From positions 256,001 through 320,000 of the forward strand of contig CAXVYR010000002.1 of assembly GCA_963666975.2 (NCBI GenBank): 64,000 nucleotides of DNA, given 5' to 3'. This DNA is from Terriglobia bacterium (GTDB taxonomy: Bacteria > Acidobacteriota > Terriglobia > 2-12-FULL-54-10). This document shows positions 9,977 to 17,732 of the stretch, in pieces. The stretch's first letter is position 1; every line of letters starts with the position of its first letter. The notes beneath the pieces were generated by a model. That model did no database searches and was not told where the DNA came from. It saw nothing but the letters and a program-made list of their open reading frames with translations. A program made the translations under genes and the position numbers.

Positions 9977-10960
9977 TTAGGCTGCCCTTCTTTTGAAGTG
10001 CAACCGTTTTCTTAAGATCATAGTTTTCTCTTTGATGCGATCCCGTTTTTGCAGGATGGCACTGCCTTGGCCTGTAAAAACGTCATACGGTGTCAGGTTG
10101 TTCAGGCTTTCATGGTATCGGTTGGTGTTGTAGTGGTTGACGAAGGCATCGATCTGCCGCTCCAGCTCTTCTGGCAGGTAATAGTTGTTGAGCAGGATGC
10201 GGTCTTTCAGAGTTCGGTGCCAGCGTTCGATCTTGCCCTGCGTCATGGGGTGATAGGGCTTGCCGCGAGTATGCGGCACGCTGTTTTCTGCCAGCCATGA
10301 TTGCAGTTCGGAAGAGACGTAGCACGGCCCGTTGTCGCTCAGGAGGCGAGGTCTGTGCCGGGCGCCCACGCGGTCGAGGCCGGTGGCTTGCAAAGCATCC
10401 CGCAACGTGGCCGAGACGTCACTTGCGCTCATGGTTTTGCACAGCCGCCAGGCGATGATATAGCGCGAGAAGTCGTCCAGCACCGTGGACAGGTAGAACC
10501 AGCCCCAACCGATGACTTTCAGGTAGGTGAAGTCGGTCTGCCAGAGCTGGTTGACCGCCGTGGTCGGGTTGGCGAACCGTTCCGCCGCTTTCAGGACAAT
10601 AAAGGCTGGCGCGGTAATCAGGTCATGGCTTTTCAGGACGCGGTAAACCGTCGATTCAGAAAGGTAATACCGCCTTTCCTCGGTAAAACGCACCGCCAGC
10701 TCGCGTGACGACAGATCGGGCTCGGCCAGGGCTAACGTCACCAACTGCTGAGTTATCTCCTCCGGCACCTTGTTCCAGACAGGGCCAGGATCGGGTTTTT
10801 TGTCTTCCAGCCCATCAAAGCCTTCCGACACATAGCGGTCGTACCAGTTGTAAAACGTCGATCTGGGAATGCCAACCTGCTGCAGCGTCCGGCGCACCCC
10901 CAGGGCAGATTGCTCCACCGTGCAGATGATCTCCAGCTTCTCCGAGGCAGGGTATCTCAT
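9977..10960 (-). CDS. IS3-family transposase OrfB (DDE), -1 frame relative to OrfA
   Basis: WQTDFTY, LSDNG, QGKIERWHRTLK, YNTNRYHESL; ATGA overlap with orfA. Confidence 0.92.
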   Translation of the reverse strand: MRYPASEKLEIICTVEQSALGVRRTLQQVGIPRSTFYNWYDRYVSEGFDGLEDKKPDPGPVWNKVPEEITQQLVTLALAEPDLSSRELAVRFTEERRYYLSESTVYRVLKSHDLITAPAFIVLKAAERFANPTTAVNQLWQTDFTYLKVIGWGWFYLSTVLDDFSRYIIAWRLCKTMSASDVSATLRDALQATGLDRVGARHRPRLLSDNGPCYVSSELQSWLAENSVPHTRGKPYHPMTQGKIERWHRTLKDRILLNNYYLPEELERQIDAFVNHYNTNRYHESLNNLTPYDVFTGQGSAILQKRDRIKEKTMILRKRLHFKRRAA

Positions 10961-11328
10961 GTATGTTCCTCCCCATCCCCGATCACGCTTTTTTTTAGCA
11001 GGCGATTTTCCAGCATAGCCTCGGCCAGGGCCTCTTTCAGCTGTACGGCCTGCTCCCGCAGAGTCTTGACTTCGCCACTGGTTGCCTCACGGTCTATGTC
11101 GCCCGCCAGCCGCTTGCGGCCAGCCTCCAGAAACTCCTTGCTCCAGCGGTAATACTGGTTCTGGTGCAGCCCCTCGCGGCGGCACAGCTCCGCGATGCTG
11201 TCCTCGCCGCGAAGTCCCTGCAATACAATGCGGATTTTGTCTTCCGGGCTGAACCTGCGCCGCGTCCTGCGTTTGATCTCCCGGACGGCCTTCTCGACCG
11301 CCCCCCTGTCGTCTTGTTTTTGTCTCAT
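10957..11328 (-). CDS. IS3-family transposase OrfA
   Basis: RRRFSPEDKIRIVL...SIAELCRREG...YYRWSKEF HTH; A8G slippery run at 10988-10996 (minus strand). Confidence 0.9.
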   Translation of the reverse strand: MRQKQDDRGAVEKAVREIKRRTRRRFSPEDKIRIVLQGLRGEDSIAELCRREGLHQNQYYRWSKEFLEAGRKRLAGDIDREATSGEVKTLREQAVQLKEALAEAMLENRLLKKSVIGDGEEHT

Positions 11329-11419
11329 CTTCGTTCCTTTCAGTCTCTACGATGAGCCAAAAACATCACCTTAACTATTACCCTCTACCTGTCCAACAAG
11401 CCCTGACGGGGCACATAGC

Positions 11420-11580
11420 CCATAGATTTGCTACAAAACTTTCGGGATGTCATACCAAGGGTCTGCCCTGAGTTTGCCGAAGGGGCCGATGCTTTTCGGC
11501 CCGAAGAATCTGCTCGTCCGAGTGGCTTCCACTCCAAACGAAAGACAAGCAGATCCTTCGCGTTGCTCAGGATGACAGCA
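11420..11580. repeat. MITE/REP-like element, related to 26571-26781 in reverse orientation
   Basis: GATTTGCTACAAAAC...GTCAT...AAGCAGAT...GCTCAGGATGAC resembles the reverse complement of 26605-26755. Confidence 0.6.
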
Positions 11581-11682
11581 AAAGCGGCGCTTGCCTCTCC
11601 CGCTCCGGGTACGGTCTACGGAAACCATAAAACAGGTATAGCTTCAGGCTTCAATGTGCAGTAAGGGGATGAAGAAGAAAAT

Positions 11683-11745
11683 GAGGCGCTGACGGACCGA
11701 TAGGCATGGGAAGTCGGCTATCGCGCAGCAGCCCGTCAGCGCCTC
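11683..11745 (-). terminator. Hairpin downstream of the amidohydrolase gene, possible intrinsic terminator
   Basis: 13-bp inverted repeat GAGGCGCTGACGG/CCGTCAGCGCCTC followed on the minus strand by ATTTTCTTCTT. Confidence 0.5.
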
Positions 11746-11767
11746 CATAAAATGAAGCTTGCCCCGC

Positions 11768-13612
11768 TTATCGAAACTTCACATAGAATTCCTTGGAGTT
11801 GGTCTTTCCCCACGCAGGAGCGCGATGGACTACGCGAACCAGGGAGGTTCCAACCGATTTCACCAGATTGGCGGGCACGGTGGCCCGCAGCTCGGTGGAA
11901 CTCACCAACTCGGTCCGCAACTGGGTGTCCTCGAATTGGATGATGGAACTGGAGACGAACTCCTTGCCCCTGACGGTCAGCGTGAAATCATCGCTGCCCT
12001 CGACAATAACTTGAGGCGCGATCGAGGTGATGTGGGTCGGCAACTCGCTGATCACCCAATCTCCGAAAGTGAGCGCGTATTCCCATCGTGTGGGAATCGG
12101 GTTGGTAAAATCGTAATGGTAGCCGGTCTGCATTTCCTTGCCGTCTTTCATCACGGCCTCAAGCGAATTTTTGAAGGCGAGAATATCCCTCAGGGGATCT
12201 TGTCCGAGGATCAGAAGGTCGGCCAGCTTGCCTGCCTCGAGCGTTCCCAAGTCCTCGTCTTGCTGGAGAAGCTCCGCCGCCCATAGGGTGGCTGCCTGGA
12301 TGGCCTGCATGTTCGTCAGCCCGGCATCCACCAGGATTTGCATCTCCCGCCGGACGCCCATGCCGGGGAACATGGTGGCATGATAGGGCGAGGTCGTGTC
12401 CATCCCGGTGGAAATCTTGCCGCCAGCATCGACGAACGTTTTGGTAAACCACAGGTAGTTTTGGTAGCCCTTTTTCATCAAAGCCAGCTCGTCGGGCGTG
12501 AACTGGTCCAGGAGCGTGTAATCCAGGATGTTCATGCGAAAACGATCGGGGATGTAGTGCAGGTTGGGGTTGTTGAACAACTCCAGGTCCTCCGCCCGCC
12601 ATTCCTCCATATGGTCGTTGACCTGCCGGAACATATATCCAATGCAGGATTCAATGAAGACCTCTTCCCGAACCAAAAGGTCGATCAGGTCGCGGGCCAG
12701 GTCCCGGTCCATCAACCCGAACGACATAATCCGTCGCGGGTCCTCGATGGCGAGAGGATATTCGTTGAAATCGGGATTGGGACCCCATAGCTCTGTCTTG
12801 CTGTTCCAGGGGCGCCCGCTCTCCGGAAAAGCGACCCGCAACCTGCCGGTATCAAAGATTCGCATATCGGGTATTTTTGCCAGGTCTGCGGGCTTGAGCA
12901 TGTCCGGGACAGGCAACCCGGTGGCGTGCGCCAGGTTGTCGATGCCTGCCAAGGCTGCTTCCTTGGCGCTCATTCCGATGTGCCCGGAAACAAACAATCC
13001 CCGCTGGTGAGCACGGCGAGTGATGGCGGCCAGAACCTGCGGAGTAACGCTTGTATATACCTTAATGATCTTGGAGCCTCTGTCCGCCAGCCCGTCCACC
13101 TGCCTCATGGCTTCTTCCGGGTCGTGGACCTGGTCGTTGGCGCCCATGTAGATGCCGCCGATGGTTCCCTGGCTGAGGAAAAACCGCGGGCCATAGATCT
13201 TGCCGCTGTTGATGCCCTCCATCTGCGCGTTCAGCCAGGGGCCGCCTCCGTAGCCCAGTACCGAGGTCACGCCGTTGGTGATGAGCAGTTCCGGAAACCA
13301 GTTGCGGTAATGCGTGTGGGTGTCCCAGAGCCCGGGGGTGATGTATTTTCCGCGGGCATTAATCACTCTTGCGCCAGCCGGAGGTGTTCCCCCCTGGGAA
13401 ATCGACCGGATTCGGTTGCCGTCGATCACGATCAAGGAATTTGTGAGGGGAGCGCCGCCATTGCCGTCTATGAGGGTTCCTCCTTGGATAGCCGTCACAT
13501 TTTGCTGGGCCATAACCGCAGGCCCTCCCTGCGCGGCAAAAACGCAAACAGCTAGAATCAGGCTCCATTGCAAAACCGCTCTGGACGGAGCAAGTAATCG
13601 GATGGCTTTCAT
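11768..13612 (-). CDS. Exported amidohydrolase (Amidohydro_1-like) with C-terminal Ig-like (IPT/TIG-type) domain
   Basis: Signal peptide, PGLWDTHTH, IKVY, GH, LAH, TGMD, GTLEAGKLADL; C-terminal ITSIAP...FTLTVRGKEF...VSSTELRATVP. Confidence 0.85.
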   Translation of the reverse strand: MKAIRLLAPSRAVLQWSLILAVCVFAAQGGPAVMAQQNVTAIQGGTLIDGNGGAPLTNSLIVIDGNRIRSISQGGTPPAGARVINARGKYITPGLWDTHTHYRNWFPELLITNGVTSVLGYGGGPWLNAQMEGINSGKIYGPRFFLSQGTIGGIYMGANDQVHDPEEAMRQVDGLADRGSKIIKVYTSVTPQVLAAITRRAHQRGLFVSGHIGMSAKEAALAGIDNLAHATGLPVPDMLKPADLAKIPDMRIFDTGRLRVAFPESGRPWNSKTELWGPNPDFNEYPLAIEDPRRIMSFGLMDRDLARDLIDLLVREEVFIESCIGYMFRQVNDHMEEWRAEDLELFNNPNLHYIPDRFRMNILDYTLLDQFTPDELALMKKGYQNYLWFTKTFVDAGGKISTGMDTTSPYHATMFPGMGVRREMQILVDAGLTNMQAIQAATLWAAELLQQDEDLGTLEAGKLADLLILGQDPLRDILAFKNSLEAVMKDGKEMQTGYHYDFTNPIPTRWEYALTFGDWVISELPTHITSIAPQVIVEGSDDFTLTVRGKEFVSSSIIQFEDTQLRTELVSSTELRATVPANLVKSVGTSLVRVVHRAPAWGKTNSKEFYVKFR

Positions 13613-13670
13613 TAGTTTTCCCTCCCCATTTATCTGGCCCCTTTTATGGTTGCCCTTTCTATTTATCTCA

Positions 13671-15554
13671 CTACCAACCGGCGGGAATCTTCTCCGTCCA
13701 GGTCGTCGCGCCCACGGCCTCCATTCCGGCCTCGCCGGCCAGCGAGGAAGTCAGGTGGACCACCTTGCCGCCCACCGAGGTCATCAGCACTTGAATGTCT
13801 GGAATCTGATCCTCCGGGATGGTCAGGAAATCCTTGTCCAGCACGATGAAGTCTGCAAACTTGCCGGGCTCCAGCGTTCCCATGCGGTCCTCGCGCAGCA
13901 CGTAGTACGCCCCCCAGCGTGTGAGCGCCTTCAACTGAATGATCCGGTCCGTCCTTTGATCCGGCCCGTAGACGCGCTTGTCAAAGTCGTGGTACCGGTT
14001 GATTCCCTTCAGGACAAAGAAAAAGATTTTTTGCGGCAGAGGACGGTCGATCTCGAAGCTGGTCCGGACGCCCGCATCGGTCAAAGCCTTGCGCGGCACC
14101 ACCCAACTGGTGTACTCCACACCGTACTGTTTGGCGATGAGCGAGGCCCCGCGGTGGGGCTCCCACAGATTGGTGTTGATCTCGCTCGCCATCATCCCCA
14201 GCCGCTTCATGCGGGGAATCTGGTCCGGCCGCGGCGCGCCTTCGCCGTGGTCAAAGGCGTGGCGTTTGGCGCGGATTTGCTCCAGGGTAAAGCCCGCTCT
14301 GCGGCTCGCTTCTTCAATGGCGTCCATGTAATAGTCAATGTCCTTGTCTCCGCCCGTATGCATGGTGGCGACTCGCATGCCGTTTTCGATGATCCGCTCC
14401 AGGGTCTCTCTTCCTGGCGAGCCGGGAGCGAAATTGCAGCGGGCGGGGCCTCCATAGGTGTATTGCTTCTGGAGTTGTTCCCACTCCGCCCGCACGGGAA
14501 TGCTCATGCAACGGCTTCCGACCGCCCCCCACGCTCCCACCAGCCAGAGATGGTCGGTGCCGTGTCCCACCATGCCGGACAGGTACCGCAAGATATCGGT
14601 GCTCCAGTCGGGCCCCGTGTAGCCCCATGCGAAACGAGCAGGCATCTCTCCCCTCTTGTCCAGGTAATCCAGGGCCTGAAAGTTGTGATAGGCGTAAGGG
14701 GACGACCCGAAGGTCGTGATCCCGTAGCGCGCCCACAACTCCATTTCAGCCTTGAGAATCGCTGCCAGCAGCGGTGTCTTCCCCTTGAACATCGCATCCG
14801 GTTCCATCGGCCGGCTGAAGCCGCCGCCCGCTTGCAAAAATTGTTCGGCACTCTGTTCACCTGCGTTGCCCGTCATCACGGAAAGCGTGGGATGGACCGA
14901 GCGCAGCTCGTCAATGGCTTTCTGGTTTACCACGGAGGTGATAAACCCGTTTTTCACCTTCACCGGGTTGTCGGGAGCCAACTGATCGAGATATTCCTTT
15001 CTGATGCTGTCGCGAAACAGCGCTCCCATCTCTAGCGCCCACTCATATTCGAGCCCCCAGTTGAAGCTGATCAGAATCCATTGTCCCGGCTTCGCCTTGG
15101 CCACCGCCTCCTGCATCACGGTCTCAAAACGCGCCAGCTGTTCTTTCGGCGGAATGCTCGGCAGCCAGCGGTGGATCACCATGTCGTCGTTCGGCAGGAC
15201 GTGCGTGATGGCCCGGGGCTCCTGAAACATCCAGTCGGTGGGATGTTCGTGCGTCAGGATCAGGCTTGGAAGAACGGTTCTCCCCTTGAGGTCAATGGAT
15301 CGGGTCTCGGGTCCGGCCAGAGGCCGGATAGCGTCGTTGCTTCCCGTGGCCAGAATTTTCCCGTCCCGAACCGCCATCGCCTGGGTGATGGTCCCTACGC
15401 GGGACTCGAAGGAGTCATCATCCATCGACACAATTTTTCCGTTGTGGAGGATCATCTGGGGATAACCCAGCTTGGAGGCAATGTCCGCCTGCTGGGCCCA
15501 CCCCGCCTGCAACCCGAGAACAAGCGTCAAAACTGCGGTTAAAGCCTTTTTCAT
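13671..15554 (-). CDS. Exported Amidohydro_3/YtcJ-like protein, solo paralog of the 50-64 kb array
   Basis: Start reassigned to MKKALT (15554); signal peptide, ILHNGKI, DLKGRTVLP, THEH, HTGGDKDID, FDH, FEIDRP, GTLEPGKFADFIVLD. Confidence 0.88.
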   Translation of the reverse strand: MKKALTAVLTLVLGLQAGWAQQADIASKLGYPQMILHNGKIVSMDDDSFESRVGTITQAMAVRDGKILATGSNDAIRPLAGPETRSIDLKGRTVLPSLILTHEHPTDWMFQEPRAITHVLPNDDMVIHRWLPSIPPKEQLARFETVMQEAVAKAKPGQWILISFNWGLEYEWALEMGALFRDSIRKEYLDQLAPDNPVKVKNGFITSVVNQKAIDELRSVHPTLSVMTGNAGEQSAEQFLQAGGGFSRPMEPDAMFKGKTPLLAAILKAEMELWARYGITTFGSSPYAYHNFQALDYLDKRGEMPARFAWGYTGPDWSTDILRYLSGMVGHGTDHLWLVGAWGAVGSRCMSIPVRAEWEQLQKQYTYGGPARCNFAPGSPGRETLERIIENGMRVATMHTGGDKDIDYYMDAIEEASRRAGFTLEQIRAKRHAFDHGEGAPRPDQIPRMKRLGMMASEINTNLWEPHRGASLIAKQYGVEYTSWVVPRKALTDAGVRTSFEIDRPLPQKIFFFVLKGINRYHDFDKRVYGPDQRTDRIIQLKALTRWGAYYVLREDRMGTLEPGKFADFIVLDKDFLTIPEDQIPDIQVLMTSVGGKVVHLTSSLAGEAGMEAVGATTWTEKIPAGW

Positions 15555-16143
15555 AAAACGTAACCCCTTAATGTTGAAATTGACGGGCCGGCCAAGTTTT
15601 GAAAAAGCCATTACCCAATCCCCAGAAATCCTTCCAGGGTAGCGCATGTCTTTGTCTGATGCCGATGAGCTATCCGCAGAGACTAAGTCCTATGCTTCCT
15701 CTTTGTCAAGCTCTCTCTACTCATGCTGAAAAGCCTTTGCGCGGACTCCAAATTTAAGCACTATTTAAGCGATGCCGCTTCCTGGAATGCCCTGGCCGTT
15801 GCCTGTTTTCTGCTTCTGCCCTCCGGGGTGCAAGCGGGATTCGGCAGGCTGGAGCAGGCCGCAAAAAAACCCAGAGTAGTGAAACCCTTCAGGAAGAGGT
15901 ATGATATTGTCCTCTTTCCAATTAGACGCAAAAAGGGGAGAAGTCATGTCACCGAGAATAGCGCCGGGCACGGTGGAGGTAGCCCGCTCGCAGCTTCTGC
16001 AGAGAGACGAAGCGGACGAGGCTGTGCGGATCACTGCGCGGAAAATTAGGGATTGAGTAATCTCCCTGTGCTGGGCAATAATAAGCGGCATCCCCAATTC
16101 CATCGAAGCGCTGCGCCGAAGCAAAAAATGGAAGGGTGGAACC

Positions 16144-16740
16144 GTGACAGAGACAAAGATGACCGAAGATGCGCGAATATATGTTGTGAGAACTATCGGA
16201 CTTGCCGGCCTGCTGCTTTGCCTCAGTGGATTCCTCCGCGCACAGTCTGATCCTAATGCCTTGCCGGAAGGCGATGGCAAAGAGTTGGTGGCGGTGGCCT
16301 GCACGCAATGCCATAGCCTGAGCCCCATCCGCATGCTGCGGGACGGCCGCGAAGGCTGGAAAGAGATGGTCCATGAGATGGTCCTCCGTGGAGCGCAGCT
16401 CGGACCGGAAGAAGCCGATACCGTCATTCGTTATCTCGCGCGGAACTTCGGCCCCGGTTTGAGCCCGATGCAGACCGGAACCCTGCCTCCGGAGACGGCG
16501 CTGGGCAGCGGGAGCGGAGCGGAGTCAGGGGACACGGTGTCGCTGCCTCCCGGCGAGGGCAAGGACATGGTCGAGGCGCGCTGCCAGCTTTGCCATGATC
16601 TCGGAAGGGTCGTCACGGCCCGAAGAAGCAGGGCGGAGTGGGAGCAGATCACGAAGAACATGGTGGGGCGGGGGCCGACGGCCACGCCGGAACAGATACA
16701 GACGATGGTCTCTTATCTGAGCGCGCAGTTTGGCAAATAG
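16144..16740 (+). CDS. Periplasmic diheme c-type cytochrome
   Basis: Signal peptide; two LPxGxGK...CxxCH domains (CTQCH, CQLCH), each with a W...M distal segment. Confidence 0.85.
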   Translation: MTETKMTEDARIYVVRTIGLAGLLLCLSGFLRAQSDPNALPEGDGKELVAVACTQCHSLSPIRMLRDGREGWKEMVHEMVLRGAQLGPEEADTVIRYLARNFGPGLSPMQTGTLPPETALGSGSGAESGDTVSLPPGEGKDMVEARCQLCHDLGRVVTARRSRAEWEQITKNMVGRGPTATPEQIQTMVSYLSAQFGK

Positions 16741-16970
16741 GCGGGCCTAAATCGCGGGGTTTCCGGAAAGGGATTGGCCTGAGGCTCAAACCTCGGGAAT
16801 GAGGACCTGAATGCATAGTTCCCAATCGGTTGAATTCGGCATTGCACGGGGCAACCTTTGGGCCAAAAAGTGAATCAGAAGACAATCGAGCGGGGAATAC
16901 ATTCTTCCGCCTTCCGCAGCACGTTCCTGAATCCAGTATGAGTCCTATGTCGGAAGTAAATGGCAAATAT

Positions 16971-17732
16971 ATGATTGAGGCCCAAGGCCTCAGCAAGTTT
17001 TACGGCAGCTTCGCGGCGATCCGCGATGTATCGTTCGCAGTGCCCCGCGCCCAGGTAGCGGCTTTCCTCGGACCCAACGGGGCCGGCAAATCCACCACCT
17101 TAAAGATTCTCACCGGTTTCCTGACGCCCAGCGACGGCACGGCCCGCATCGCCGGTTTGGACGTGGCTGCCCACCGCATTGAAGCTGCCTCGCGGGTCGG
17201 ATACTTGCCGGAAAACGGACCGCTCTATCCTGAGATGACGCCGCTCGAGCTGCTGGAATTCTTCGGCGAGGCTCGCGGGCTGCCCAGCGGCCGGTTGAAG
17301 AGCCGCATCGAGGCCGTTGTCCAGCAGTGCCAGTTGCAGGCGGTGATTGAGAAGAGCATCTTCAAATTGTCGAGAGGATACCGCCAGCGAGTCGGAATGG
17401 CGCAGGCCTTGCTGCATGAACCCGACATTCTCATCATGGACGAGCCGACCAGCGGCCTCGATCCCAACCAGATTCGCGAAGTCAGGGAACTGATCCGCCG
17501 TCTCGCGGCCAGCAAAACGATCCTTATTTCCACGCATATTCTGCGAGAGGTTGAAGCCGTGGCCAGCCACGTGATTCTGGTCGATGAAGGACGCGTGGTT
17601 TTTGACGGAACACCGGCTGAGATGGCTGCGGGGCAGAGTCTCGATGAAGCCTTCTACCGGCTGACCGGCAAGGTTTCCGGTTCCGCGCCCAGCCGTACCC
17701 CGGCCCAGGCTGCCCCGGAGGTTCAAAGATGA
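16971..17732 (+). CDS. ABC transporter ATP-binding protein (GldA-like)
   Basis: GPNGAGKSTT, LSRGYRQRVGMAQALLHEP, MDEPTSGLDPNQ, ISTH; start reassigned to MIEAQGL. Confidence 0.92.
   Translation: MIEAQGLSKFYGSFAAIRDVSFAVPRAQVAAFLGPNGAGKSTTLKILTGFLTPSDGTARIAGLDVAAHRIEAASRVGYLPENGPLYPEMTPLELLEFFGEARGLPSGRLKSRIEAVVQQCQLQAVIEKSIFKLSRGYRQRVGMAQALLHEPDILIMDEPTSGLDPNQIREVRELIRRLAASKTILISTHILREVEAVASHVILVDEGRVVFDGTPAEMAAGQSLDEAFYRLTGKVSGSAPSRTPAQAAPEVQR

Larger units (their letters stand above)
9904..11415 (-). mobile_element. IS3-family insertion sequence, apparently intact
   Basis: Imperfect terminal IRs TGTacgtCGTCAGataaTGTTGGACA (9904) and TGTgcccCGTCAGggctTGTTGGACA (reverse complement, ending 11415); orfA and orfB inside; flanks CTA|...|TAG. 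Confidence 0.9.

Noticed and set aside
13314-15035. Long plus-strand ORF (573 aa), and similar ones at 52373-54022, 61305-62573 and 3454-4647, plus minus-strand 27327-28625
   Set aside because: Antisense shadows of well-supported genes in GC-rich DNA, with no motifs
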